A stretch of DNA of 64,000 nucleotides, taken from NCBI GenBank assembly GCA_013265495.1, contig MU058531.1, positions 62,001 through 126,000 of the forward strand, read 5' to 3'. The position numbers and the translations under genes were made by a program. Positions within the stretch are counted from its first letter, which is position 1; each line of letters opens with the position of its first letter. This document shows positions 25,601 to 38,618 of this stretch, one piece after another. This DNA comes from Vicugna vicugna (taxonomy: Eukaryota). The notes below the pieces were generated by a model, which saw nothing but the letters and a program-made list of their open reading frames with translations, ran no database searches and was not told where the DNA came from.

Positions 25601-26429
25601 AGGACTCACTGTCTACTCTTGTAGAAACTACTTACGAATTGAGATAAACGATGTTACTTCTGCTGATGCAAATACAGTTTGCACTTATAACTGTATTAAA
25701 TACTGTGAATAAAGCACTGATTTATTAATTGATTCATTAATAATAAATTTTCTGTCAAGACTAAGCCCCAGATCTTCCAATCCTTCCTTCTCCTGTGTTC
25801 AATCACTTCTGTTAATTTAATTTTCTTTATTTCTCCATTTCTTATTTCTCTTTATTCTCATTTTATTCCTGTGAGATGCAGCTGGACAGTATAAAGATTA
25901 CCTTGACTGTAAAAATGAGGAAACTGGAACACAAAGGTGGTAGGGATTGCTCAATAAAGAGAAAGTTAGGATTTCATGTCACTCATCCATCTCTTCCATT
26001 TAGCCAAATTTGTCAAATCTAAATGAGCAACACAGAGTTGGAATGTACTGCCAGTCAGGCTACAGCATTATTCTTCTTATGTAGAATCATAATAATATTC
26101 ATCAACAAAGTTATTCACTTATAAATAATATCAAAGATTTCATTTTTCCTTGTGAGCAAAACTTCTGAAGGACATTCATAAAACGAAAAAGATACAGAGC
26201 ACGTGGTAGACAGAAATAATAATGTTCAGTAAGATTTACAGAAAGCCTTTCCTGAAGGCCTCAGTCTATATGTCTAGAAAGCTGGCACAGTGATTACGGC
26301 TTACATGAAACTGTAGTAAAAATTTGTGGAAAACTCTAAAATACTTCAGAAGCAGGTTTAGATCACCTTATCTTTAGCATGTTTTACGGGAGCAATTGTA
26401 ACAAGAATGATGAGGCGGTTAGGTGGTAT

Positions 26430-26600
26430 TTATTGAGCGTTAACTAAGGGCCAGGTACGTATTATCTCACTGAATCGTTCCAGTAGCAACCCTATGAGGT
26501 GGGAACTATTTTCATTCTCATATAGATGAGGAAACTGAGGCACAGACAGGTGAAGTAATCTTGTCCAGAGTCCCAAGCCTAGGAGTCTAGTTCGTCCACA
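26430..26600. mobile_element. MIR SINE next to exon 2 (one of many MIRs, e.g. about 1090-1290, 4510-4700, 19500-19710, 44940-45070, 50760-50940, 62150-62330)
   Basis: MIR core ATAGATGAGGAAACTGAGGCACAGA.AGGTGAAGTAATCTTG.CCA. Confidence 0.8.
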
Positions 26601-26691
26601 AGAGATGCCAGGATCATGGTCATGTGAGAGGTTTTCCCTTCTTTCTCTAAGAGGTGGTTCTGACGGTTGAACAGGGGTAAACGGGACATAC

Positions 26692-27044
26692 CGTTCTGAA
26701 GTCCTCTTCGAACTTGAAGGCGCCGCCTCCTGTGGCACAGAGCGTGGTGTGCAGGCTGGAGAAGTTCTTCTCGCTGCCCATCTGGATGAACCTGTGCATC
26801 GCACAGCTGGGAAAGCGGATGAAGTGCAGGTTCCCCTTCCGCCCACACATGGTCAAGTTTTTCAGTTCCAGGTGGACGTCTCGGATCCCAGTTTTGCCGT
26901 AAGCAGTGTTAGAAGTCAAATACTTCCTGATGCTCTTCAGGTTTTCCACTTCCTCTTGCTCCTCTTCAGCTGTAATATCCTTCGGTTCGAAGTAGACCAA
27001 CTTAACCAGCGTCCCGCCGATATCCATGCCGAACCATGGGAATG
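26692..27044 (-). CDS. PANK1: PANK1 exon 2 ([14 protein letters not shown]...FEEDFRT)
   Basis: Acceptor cccctAG at 27046/27045 and donor ACG|GTATGT at 26691; 353 nt. Contains the type II pantothenate kinase DIGGT phosphate-binding motif and the ATGGGA motif. Confidence 0.98.
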
Positions 27045-27599
27045 CTAGGGGACAGAAAGACAGAGGGCCCTTGAATTCTGTACATGCAAAGAACCCAGCA
27101 GGTTTTGAGTATTCAGTGTTGAAATGCAGTGGTGTCCCATCTGTTTGCGCATTTACAATTCAGTCTACCTGAATTCACCTGTCCCTGCCTAGGAGAGGAG
27201 ACAGGTGAGAAGGAATTTAAATGGTGCCCATGATTCTGCCCATATGCCACTCAGAGTCAGCCTTGGAACTGAGCAGGTAAGAATAGGATTCCCTAAGCCA
27301 GCCTCAACTCCCACGTGCTTCTCAGGGCTCCAGAATCTCACCGAATGCAGACCAATTCCAATACACATTTTGCTTACACCCCGGCTCCCAAATGCTACTT
27401 TATCAGAATCTCAGCCAAAGAACCAGTGATCTGTTTTGATGCCAGGGGAAAAACTGGCTATACTAGGTGTACTAAGAGATGGTACATTGATCTCTAAGCC
27501 TCACAGTGTATTCTCAGGGCCTCTTTAATGATCATTTTTATAGTATTCAACTTTTGCCTTCATGAATTGACTTTATACAATGTGACCCCACTGCTTTAA

Positions 27600-27758
27600 A
27601 TTTATTTATGTAAAAAACTTTTTGGGAGGAGGGAGTAATTAGATTTATTTATTTACTTATTATTATTACTTTTTATTTAACAGAAGTACAGGGGATGGAA
27701 CCCATGACTTCGTGCATGCTAAGTATGTGCTCTATCACTGAGCTATACCCTCCCTCCT
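27600..27758 (-). mobile_element. tRNA-derived SINE (Vic-1-like)
   Basis: SINE body plus perfect 12-bp TSD CCACTGCTTTAA at 27588-27599 and 27759-27770. Confidence 0.9.
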
Positions 27759-30072
27759 CCACTGCTTTAATCTACAGAAGAAATAGGAAGGAGGAAGGGA
27801 GAGAAAGTGGGCTATGAGAGATGAGGGGCAGGATTCTCAAAAGAACACCTCGTGTTCCAACTCATTTCTTTCTTCATTCAGGAGGGTTACTGTCTCCACC
27901 TCAAACGGCCTGCCCCCAAGTCCTCAGCTCGGCCGTGCCTCCTCTCCCACAGGTTCTGATTTAATCCTGGGGTGGGTCTGGGGCATGAGGATATTTTTGA
28001 AAGTTCCTTCAGAAGTTCCAGCTTGCAGGCTTGTGAACTACTGTGAACTCCTAAACCACAGGAACCAGGACCACTGGCAGGGGAGCCCACAAATGAGCAC
28101 AGGTCCTGACCAGTCTGCAACACAAAGGCGTGCTCCATGGTATATATTTATGTATAAATACATATTTATATTTAACCTGCTGGAGAGGTGTATCTATGAC
28201 AAAGTGAATTTCCATCATAATTCTTTCTACTGTTATTAAGAGAAAGGGCTGAACTCCCTGAACAGGCTGACGTTATTCAGGGGGAACCTGAAAAGTTGCT
28301 GTGGCTGATCAGATGCTTTACAATAAATACTGAGCAAACCCAAATGGGAAGCCAAACTCCCACAAAGATTAAGAGGAGCAAGTTCCACTGACAAGACCAA
28401 GTTAACAACTGTCTTATCATGTTTGCAGAAGTTTGCAAAGCAAATCCCACACAGCCCAGTGTAGGCTGGGGGAGCTCGCTTACCCTAGCGGGAGAGAACA
28501 GAAGACGGGAACAGTTCCTCCCTAGCAGTCAGCTGAGCTCACAGATGATGTTTCTTGGTCCATTCTCTAAAAATTAGTGTCAGCATGGCCCACAGTATAG
28601 GCAATGCATAAAGCTCCCATTCAGAATTCAGAACAATTGCCTCCCTCCATCTCTCTGAATCTTGATTTCCTTATCTGTGAAAGGGGTGGATTGCATCAGA
28701 ATGGCCTCCGATTCCCTCCTTCCTATAAATAAATTTTCCATGGATTCTTTAAAAAATACACAAAAAAATCACAACTACCCCTAATCATTATAGGACAATG
28801 AGAGTCCTAGTTTTAAACCCCAGTGAAATACATGATAGCACGTCAATGGGTGCCTGGGCTATGTAATCGGTGTTGCCGTTGTAATCCTACACCAACTACT
28901 GGACAGGATAGGGGCAGGGTATTCTGGAACATGACTAGGATAACTGTTTTTGAAAGACTCTGGCAACATCTATTACAATTAAAAGTACGTATATTTTAAA
29001 TGCAGTTAATCCCTCTCTTGGACCATATAAAAAAAGGAGTAGTATTGGAGGACAGGTATAGGATGTTCATTGTAGCACCCCTTTGAGTGGCCAAACTTAA
29101 GAAGAACAAAAAAACCAAGTTCCAAACAAATTGGAAACAAGGTGCATGCCCTTTAACAGAGAAATTTTAATACTGCATGACTTCCAAACCATGGAATATT
29201 AGGCAGGCGATAAAAAGAATGAATGAGATCTATACTAGCTGCCTAGAGAGATATCCCCAATCGTCTCTTTAAAAGCAAGAGATATCTGGAAGTGTAAATG
29301 ATTTATTTACCCTGTCTTGTTTTGAAAAAAAGGAAAAAAGGAGGGGAAGAAGGAAAGAAGGAATGAAGGGTGGCAGGCAGGCAGGTGGAAGGAAGACCCT
29401 TAATGGTTATGATTAGATAAGCCCACAGGAAGGTCTAGAAAGCCACCTCTCTAGGTTGTTAGTGATGTCAGTGGGCGGCAGGATAAGCAGGTTGTACAAG
29501 TAGAGGCTATAAATCAGAGGAGGGGATAGAGAAAATTCTTCATGTAAAATTTTCAGTACATGAAGAAGTGGAAAAATTAGTATTCAGTGATAAGGGGAAA
29601 CAGGAGACATCTCAGCACAGAGGACAGAACAAGCTGCGTGAAACCCAGAAAAGCCCCCACATGGCCTTTTATTTGGTTGAATATTCTTAACTACAGGCAA
29701 CTGAAAAGAAGTCTCAGTTTTTAAAATGCTACAGAGGATAGCCAAGCATTTTGTAAGTTATTTTCAATTCGGTTTCTTCTTCCTGCTTCACCTCCTGCTC
29801 ATTTTTGAGCCATTTCAAAGCTTTCCTTAGCAACTCAGCAAAACAGGGGGAAAAAGTGTAGAGTTTTGAAAATTCAGTTTAGTATCACATCAACAATTTG
29901 GGTTAAGATAAAAGGGAACAAGGACTGGAATATTTATCGTTTAAATGGCAACAGAAATTGCTTTCACTTACCTACTCATTTCTTGTCTTCATGACAAGTT
30001 AAATGCTCTCCTATTCACATTTTAATGCTTTTACAGGACACTGTCATATTTTAAATGTTTTTATTTATCTTC

Positions 30073-30202
30073 CTTTTTTTGGGGGGGTGGTAATTAGGTT
30101 TATTTATTTATTTTCAGAGGACGTGGTGGGGATTGAGCCCAGGACCTTGTGTGTGCTGAGCACGCATTCTATGCTCTAACACTTGAGCTATACCCACCCC
30201 CC
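30073..30202 (-). mobile_element. tRNA-derived SINE (Vic-1-like)
   Basis: SINE body plus perfect 12-bp TSD TTATTTATCTTC at 30061-30072 and 30203-30214. Confidence 0.9.
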
Positions 30203-30899
30203 TTATTTATCTTCTTGATATCAAGGTCTATCTAAACTACACTTTCCATATGCAAGCAGTGGATGGAAACAGAAGAGAAGAGAAAGGAAGAAATCTCAAT
30301 CCATGACTCATGTGTGCATTAATCCAGGGCATGCAGATGCTTTGATAAATTCAGCTGAAGTACTGATAAGAGTCTGTTCTGTGTTTACTAAAAGTAATGT
30401 TCACTTTAGACACAGAATGTCTGCATTTGCACTTTTAAATCCAGATGTCATTCTAAAAAGTTTCCAGAATATTCATCAAGGATGTTTAGCAGTAGACCGG
30501 GTTCGAACTGCACAAGAAGAATTCCACTAGAAGAGTTAACTGATCCACTCATTCAAACTGGTTTCCTCGTGTAGTGAATGAATTAGAAGCTGATGTTCAC
30601 AAAACAAGGTGCTTCAGGTAAGTAGCTACCTTGGGGCCCATATTCTCTCACTATATTCTAACGAATAAAAGGAACTATTTCCTAAAGAAATTCTTGCACA
30701 TGTGCACTAGGAGACATACAAAGATGTTCACTGCAGCAACGTGTAATAACAAAAAACCAGTAACAATCTAGATGTCATCAATATGTAAATAAAGTGTGAT
30801 ACATTTTTATGGTAGAATACTATGTAACTATGAGAAGCAACTAGATTTATGTCTCCAGATAGAGAGAGCTCAAAAACAATGCTGAAGGAAAACTGCATT

Positions 30900-32905
30900 A
30901 AGGGTGAGTGGAAGTGATGTGGAGGTTGTCACTTCCAGGCCAGAGTATTTAATTACAGGCATGAGACTATCCAGAGCTTTTCCAGAGCAATGGGAAGCAT
31001 TCCAGATAGCAGCTGTTCTGTCAGCCTGGGTCCTGGAAGCAGTCAGTCTTCAAGACACATACAGCACGGGTATGAAATAAACCTTTGTTCTTTAAACCAC
31101 TGAGATTGGGTATTGTCTGCTACTGCCACAGAACCTGGCCTATTCTGACTGCTACTTGAAGTGGAGTGCTGCTTTAACAGCTAAAAAAAAGTATAGCACT
31201 GGCTGAGAGGCCAGGCAGCGGGGAGGGAGGCACTGGGTTTTGGAGGCTGGCAATGCAGCTGGTGAAACCATCATGTACTTGGAAGGCAGATAAGGTACTT
31301 GAAGAATTAGATCTCATGCAAGAGGTTGAAGTCAAATGTTAGTAGCATGTGTTGGCTACTACTGGCTAATGGTGGCTACATTTTAAAAGGTGTAACCCTT
31401 AAAAGAGAGATGTGCTCAGAAAGTCATTGACTGGTCTACAAAGAAAAAGGGAAGGGAACAATCCATCAAGTCAGACTTGCAGGGTTGGAAAAAGCAGCTG
31501 CTTCTCTTCCCCCAACAGATGAATAATAAAACTGGGAAGGGAAAAAGGTCAATTAACCCATAGTTTGGGGGTGAGGGTCAAAGGAAGGGAATGACTATCA
31601 CACCCCCTCTTCATACTCTGAAAGGGTTAAGATGTCTCCAAGAAAAGATGCAGGTAAGGTTGTGGCTTCTGAGTGAACGTTTGCAGTTAGAATAGCTCAG
31701 GGGAGAAGAGACTTGAGGTGTGGCCTCCCCAGCAAAGCCTGACAGGTTCAAAGAATCATCAATTAAGTCAATAAAGAAAGGCATGGAAGCAAGAGCACAA
31801 AGGCATCCTGTGAACAGAAGTATGCCAAGAACTGAGGGCTTGACTACTGGAATATGGAAATAGACCAGAGGTAAAGAGATAGGAAACCTGCTTCCTGAAG
31901 AGTTGTCCTACCAAGGAAACCAAGAGCCTGAGCCTGGGAAGGCTGGGGAAACTGTTAAGACCTAAAATAACTCTGGAGCCCCCAAACCTCCAGCGTCAAG
32001 AAGCACCTGGGAAAGCCGCTCAGCCCCTTACGGAACGTATATTCTTTACTTAAGATGCATTTGAGGCTACTGGAAAAAACCAAGGGCTGAAGAGAACAAT
32101 GGACCAGGGAAGCCCTCCCAGAGAGAAGAACCAGGACCCCAAGGGAACAGTTTTCACCTACAAGACAGGGATCTCAGAAATGCTTCAGCATTGTAGAATG
32201 ACCGGGGACCAGTGAATGGATGTGTCCCATTCACCCCCTATTCAGAAAGAATAGCACCATTAGATATTAATATAAGCATGGGGGAGGGAGTCAACAGCAG
32301 GTAACCTTGCCTTTTTTAGTTCAGAAGTTTCTAGATCAAGAGGACCCTCATCCAGAGATGATGTCAAAATGACTTTGTACCTATCACCCCCTAATTTAGC
32401 ACCTCCTGTGCATCATCCAGATGCTTTGACTGGGTGGGACTGTGGGGGTCTCTCCTTCGGGGAGGGGATGAGTATTTCACCTGCAGGTGCCAAATATCTG
32501 GTAATCAGAAGAGGAAACTGTGTTAGAAGTCACTAGTGTCACTGGTTCCCTTCCTTCCCAGCCCATGGGGTCAGACTGCAGCTCCTGGCCATTTTCTAAT
32601 GGAGCTGGGCAATGTGCCTAATCTTGCCCGTGAGCTGGGAATGGAAATGGCGGGGGTCACTTCTAGGCAAGAGCACTTATAGCTAGTGTCAGACCCTGCA
32701 GACCTCTTCCTCGGTTACTCTAACCAGCAAAATTCAAGATAATGATGGCGCCGCCAGCCAGCAGAGTAAAGATGAGCTAGACTGGAGCCCCAGCCACCTG
32801 TCAATGGACTTACAGTGTGAATGAGAAATAAACCTTTGTTGTTTTCAGGCACCAAGGGCTGGGGGTTGTTACTCCAGGATGACGCTGCCCGTCCTGACTA
32901 GTACA
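30900..32905 (+). mobile_element. Ancient MaLR element with LTR-internal-LTR organisation (MLT1I/J-like)
   Basis: Two similar LTRs (about 30900-31155, 5'-truncated; about 32520-32904) share GTCACTTC(C/T)AGGC, GAAATAAACCTTTGTT and CTGACT..TAC. A purine tract AGAAGAGGAAAC precedes the second LTR. Confidence 0.75.
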
Positions 32906-35900
32906 CTTTCTATCAAAATCTTCGGTTAGGTGTCTCCCCCTGGAACCCCCGCCGCCCTGCAGAGCCAGATGCACTGACTGCCAGTGTCACTGGTAAACAT
33001 GTCGGAACTGAGTGTTCATAAAAAGGTACGCGCGTAACATTTCCATCACTCCCCAAGAGGTGCAGTTTTCGAATTCCCAATTTGTCCCTTCCCACCCTCT
33101 TTGCCCCCTAGACACTATGGAAATGTTAGTTATCTTGATTGTGGTGGTGGTTTCATTGCTGTTTTACATCTATCAAAATTCACCAAATTGTACATCTGAA
33201 ATATGTGTAGTTTACTGTACAGGAATCATACCACAATAAAGGTGTTAAAAATAAAATAAAAGGTACATAGACTCTTGCATTTATTTGTCTAAAAATTTCT
33301 CCCAGTAAGAACCTGAATTGGCAATCTGATAGCAGTTAAAACCCTGAAATGAATCGTATTCTAAATAGTGGTGAAAATATTTTAGAATTTTATTGCCAGT
33401 CGATGGCTTTAAGACAAAGCTTGTTTCTTAAAGACCTTTTCAGAACACTGGAATAGTCACTGAGGAACACTTAAGCTTCCTGCAGTAAATTTCAAGGGTT
33501 ACACAGGGAACTCCAAATAGCATAAATAAATAAAGACCAAATAAAAAACAAAAACAAAAAACCAGAAAGAGAAAGAGAGAAAGAGGTTTCTTACGATTCA
33601 AAGAAACAATTTTAGAGTTAAGGGAGCCTGACAAGAGAAAATCTACCTCCTCTAGAGCAACCAGCCACAGAACTGTAAGAGAAGTTCCTGGAGAGGTAAG
33701 GCAAGGGTCCCTCCCAAGTATATTTCCTCCTGTGTGTAAATTAGGCGCCAAGGGCTAAGATCAGCTCCTCTGGGCTTGCTTGGATCTGACTCAGCAAACC
33801 TGCAGCTGTCACGGACAGTTTAACAGTTCTCCCTAGGTTCACCAAGTTAAAATTTGTTATAATAATTGCGAATAGGGAGTGAAAGGACGGAATTTCGTTC
33901 TCCACTACTTGTTAACAGATTTGTTAAGCAAATTAATAGATGGAAAAGATGTCTGAGGCTTTTGTAGTCAACAGGAAAAAAAAAGACTTTTCAAGCACTT
34001 TGGAGATACTTTTACACTATGTGAATCCCCATTACGGTCAAGTTGCCTAAGAACCCCTGCAAGTTGAAACAAAAACAAAAAACAAAACAAAACAAAAAAC
34101 CTTTAACTTAGATCCAAGTGTGTGATATGAATTATATTTCTTTACAAGTTTCCTGAGCGCTAGCCTTCTCTTCACTACGTCTTAATTTGGTTGATAGTAT
34201 AATGGAATTCCTTGCTAATATATTCATAAAAACACTGAACTTTAAGAGGTGGAAGGGACGTTTGGTTGAGCCCAACTCCAGGTTTACAGATAACAAAACT
34301 TAGGGGTCAAAAGATCAAGGAACTACCCAAGGTCAGTCACAATAGGTATAAGAACCTGCATTCAGTTTCAGGAGCCAACAAATTCCCCATTTCGCTAGGC
34401 TAGTCTGAGTTGCCTGTCACTTGCAACAGGGAGGATTGTGGGCAGGTTTCCTTCCTGAGCTACTTACTAATCTGTAAGATGGAGGTGGACTAACCCATCA
34501 CTAAAGTTCTGTCTAGTTTTCACATTCCATCATCCTAAATACATGTACACAAAATCCTCCAAAATCATACTTTTAGCAGCATAAAACCTAAGAGCCGAAA
34601 ACCTAACAACTATTTAAGGATCATGAAGAAAACGGTAAATGTAAAATTTAATAAAAGGGTTTGCATAACACTGCAAAGAAACCCATAATTATTGCACACA
34701 GAGCAATCTGCTAAACATTTCTCTATGCAAAGAAACTTGAGGTGTGGTTTCTTTCAAATTAATGCATACCAGATTTCTTTAGTTTGAATTTCAGTCGCAT
34801 GGCAATACCCAGTGCTGGCAAGGGTACAAGAACATAAGTACTTACAGGGTACCAAGGAAAATGTCAACTGCTGCGATCTTCCCTCTGGACTATTTGGAAA
34901 TATATATTAAAAAGCTCCGGATTTCTGTACCTTTTGACACATTAGTTCCACTAAAGAAATAATTATGCATGCATTCAAAAATTTACCTTAAAAAATCATT
35001 AAAGATTTACTACTAATAACGAGAACACAAATTGAATGTCCAAAAACAGAAGGCTGGTTAAGTAAATGATTATCCATTAACACAAAGGAACAATACATCA
35101 CCATTAAAGTCAGTTTGTGGGATGGCAATGAATGACATGAGGAGAATATTCATTATATATCATTAGGTGAAAAGTGCAGGTGATTAAATGGTATATTTCG
35201 TATGATTACAATTTTGTGTAAAAAGTAAACGATTATTTGTACCCAGAAAACAAGACTAGAAACTTCAGTGTTAACAGGCAGTATGGATAGTGAATTAGGG
35301 CTTTTTCCTCTTCTGGCTTTGCTGCTGATGCTTTTCGATTTTTTACAACCAGTAGGTTTACTCTTCTTAATCAAGAGTTATTTTGGAATTCTCAACCAAA
35401 AACTTCTCTGTAACAATGCAAAAGAAAGAAAAAATTGTTCTTACTTTGCTTCAGGGAACTCTGGTCTTGCCCACGAAAAAGCCTGCATTCCTCATCTCAA
35501 CAGTTCCTTCCTTCCTCAAACGATACTCTGCCCATATCAAACCTGTTACCGAAATCCATTAGACACAAGCCATCAAGAATGACAGAGAATGGACGGGCCA
35601 AGATGGCTAGAAAGAGCCCAGCTCACCCACCTCCTCTGATGAGCATACCATATTTAATTTGCAGAACAGCCATCATTGAGAAAGACCAGAACCGACCAGA
35701 AAAGATCTTCCACAATGAAAGATATAAAGAAGGAACCACAACAAGATGGGAAGGAGGGGTAGGGTCACAGTATAATCAAGTACCCTACCCCTCAGGTAGG
35801 CCACCCATAAATGGGAGAATAATTACAACTGCAGAGCTCTCCCAAAGGAGTGAGGCGTCTTAGCCCCACAGCAAACTCCCCAGCCTGGGGGCCCCTAGAG

Positions 35901-38156
35901 CATTTAGCTTTGAAGGCCTGCAGGGCTTACTTTCAGGAGTCCCAGAAGAAGGAGGGAAACAGAGATCTGACTCTCGAGCATGCGTACAAAATTCCACATG
36001 CTCTGGGATCAGGGGCAGAGGCAGAAATTTGAAAGGAGCCTGGGTCAGACCTACTGCTGATCTTGGAGAGTCTTCCAGAGAGGCAGAAGGCAACTGCAGC
36101 TCACAGGCACTGGTAGCAGCAATTTTGGAATCCTCCCGCCAGCTTATTAGCCAGGCCAAGCAACTAACTGGGTCGGGGGAGGGGACAGGACACACAGCCC
36201 TACCCATAAGCAAACAGGCTTAGACTCCCTGAACCCACAGCCACCCCTTGACACAGCCATTCCCCCGCCTAGGACCCAGCCCCATACACCAGTGTGCAGG
36301 CACTAGGCCCAGGATCACCAGGGCCTTCCAGCCAGAGACTCTGAGACCCAGCTCTACCTATCAGTGGGCAGATACCAGCCCCAGAATCCTCTGGGCCCTG
36401 GCCTGGACCTCCAACCAGCCTGTTGTAGCCTCGGCACCAGCCTCACCCACCAGTAGGTAGACACCAGACAAGGATGCCCACTCTTACCACTTTTATTCAA
36501 CATAGTATTGGAAGTCTTAGCCACAACAATCAGAGAAGAAAAGGAAATAAAAGGAATCCAAATTGGAAAGGAAGAAGTAAAACTGTCACGGTCTGCAGAT
36601 GATGAGTCTATACATAGAAAACCCTAAAGACACCACCAAAAACTACTAGGGCTCACCAATGAGTTCAGTAAGGTGGCAGGATACAAAATTAATATACAGA
36701 AATCTGTTGTATTTCTATACACTAATAATGAACTATCAGAGAGAGAAATTAAAGAAACAAACCCATTTACAACTGTATCAAGAAGAATAAAATACCTAGG
36801 AATAAACCTACCTAAAAGGTAAAAGATCTGTAACTCAGAAAACTACAAGACATTGATGAAAGAAATTGAAGACAACACAATTTGATGCAAAGATATACTG
36901 TATTCATAGTTTGGAAGAATTAATATTTTAAAAATAACCATACTACACAAAGCAATCTACAGATTCAATGCAATCCCTATTAAAATACCAATAGCGTTTG
37001 CACAGAACTAGAACAAATAAGTTAAAAATTTGTATGGGAACATAAAAGACCCTGAATAGACAAATCAATCTTGAGAAAGAAGAACAGAGCTGGAAGTATA
37101 TCACACTCCCTGAATTCAGACTGCACTACAAAGCTACAGTCATCAAAACGGTATGGTACTGATAGAATAACAAATACATAAATCAATGCAACAAGAGAGT
37201 CCAGAAATTAACCCATGTGCTGATGGTCAATTAATCTCTGACAAAGGAGGCAAAAATATACAATGGAGAAAATCCAGTCTCTTCAATAAGTGGTGCTGGG
37301 AAAACTGGACAGTTACATGTAAAAGAATAAAATTAGAAAATTTTCTAACACCATATACGAAAATAAACTCAAATGGATTAAAGACCTAAATGTAAGACTG
37401 GAAACCATCAAATTCCTAGAAGAAAACATAGGCAGAATGCTTTTTGACATAAATCATAGCAATATTTTGGGGGATCTGTCTCCCAAGCAAAGAAAACAAA
37501 AGCAAGAATAAACAAATGGAACCTGATTTTACTTAAAAGCTTTTGCACAGCAAAGGAAATCATCAACAAAATGAAAAGACAGTCTACAGAATCAGAGAAA
37601 ATATTTGTAAATGATATGATCAATACGGGGTTAATATCTAAAATATATAAACAGTTCATACAACTCCACATCAAAAAACAAACAACTCAATTAAAACCTG
37701 GGCAAAAGACTTGAATAGACATTTCTCCAAAGAAGACATACAGATGGCCCACAGGCACATGAAAAGAGGCTCAACATCATTAATTATCAGAGAAATGCAA
37801 ATTAAAAGCACAATGAGTTATCACCTCACACCTGTCAGAATGGCCATCATCAAAAGGACCACAAATAATAAATGTTGGCGAGGATGTGGAGAAAAGGGAA
37901 ACTTTTTTCACTGTTGTTGGGAACGTAAATTGGTACAGCCACTGTAGAAAACACAATGGAGGTTTCTCAAAAAACTAAAAATAGAACTACCATATGATCC
38001 AGCAATTTCACTCCTGGGTAGACGTCTGAAAAAAACAAAAACACTAATTCAAAAAGAAACGTGCACCCCAAGTTCACAGCAGCATTATTTACAACAGCAA
38101 GGTTATGGAAGCAACCTAAGTGTCCATCAACAGATAAATGAATAAAAAAGCTGTGG

Positions 38157-38159
<3 letters not shown>

Positions 38160-38188
<29 letters not shown>
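38160..38188. repeat. (CA)n microsatellite inside L1
   Basis: Uninterrupted AC run. Confidence 0.95.
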
Positions 38189-38190
<2 letters not shown>

Positions 38191-38511
38191 AATACTACTC
38201 AGCCATAAAAAGGAATGAAATTTTGCCATTTGCAACAACAAATTTTTGCTTAGTGAAGTAAATGAAACAGAGAAAGACATACTATATGTTATCACTTATA
38301 TGTAGAATCTAAAAAATAAAACAAACTACTGACTATAACAAAGAAGAAACAGATTCACAGATATAGAAAACAAACTGGTTACCAGTAGGGAGAGGGAAAT
38401 GGGGAAGGGCATGATAGGGACTCAGAGATACAAACTACTATGTATAAAATAAATAAGCTACAAGGATATATTATACTCACAGGGAATGTAACCAATGTTT
38501 TATAATAACTT

Positions 38512-38618
38512 TATTTTTTAATTTTAATTTTATTTTTAATGGAGGTACTGAGGATTGAACCCAGGACCTTGTGCATGACAAGCATGCACTCTACCACTTG
38601 AGTTATACCCCACCCCCA
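38512..38618 (-). mobile_element. tRNA-derived SINE (Vic-1-like) nested in an L1 3' UTR
   Basis: SINE body plus perfect 11-bp TSD TATAATAACTT at 38501-38511 and 38619-38629. Confidence 0.9.

Noticed and set aside
37186..37947. ORFs with reverse-transcriptase/L1 ORF2 similarity
   Set aside because: Fragmented by stops and frameshifts; part of a dead L1, not a domesticated gene.
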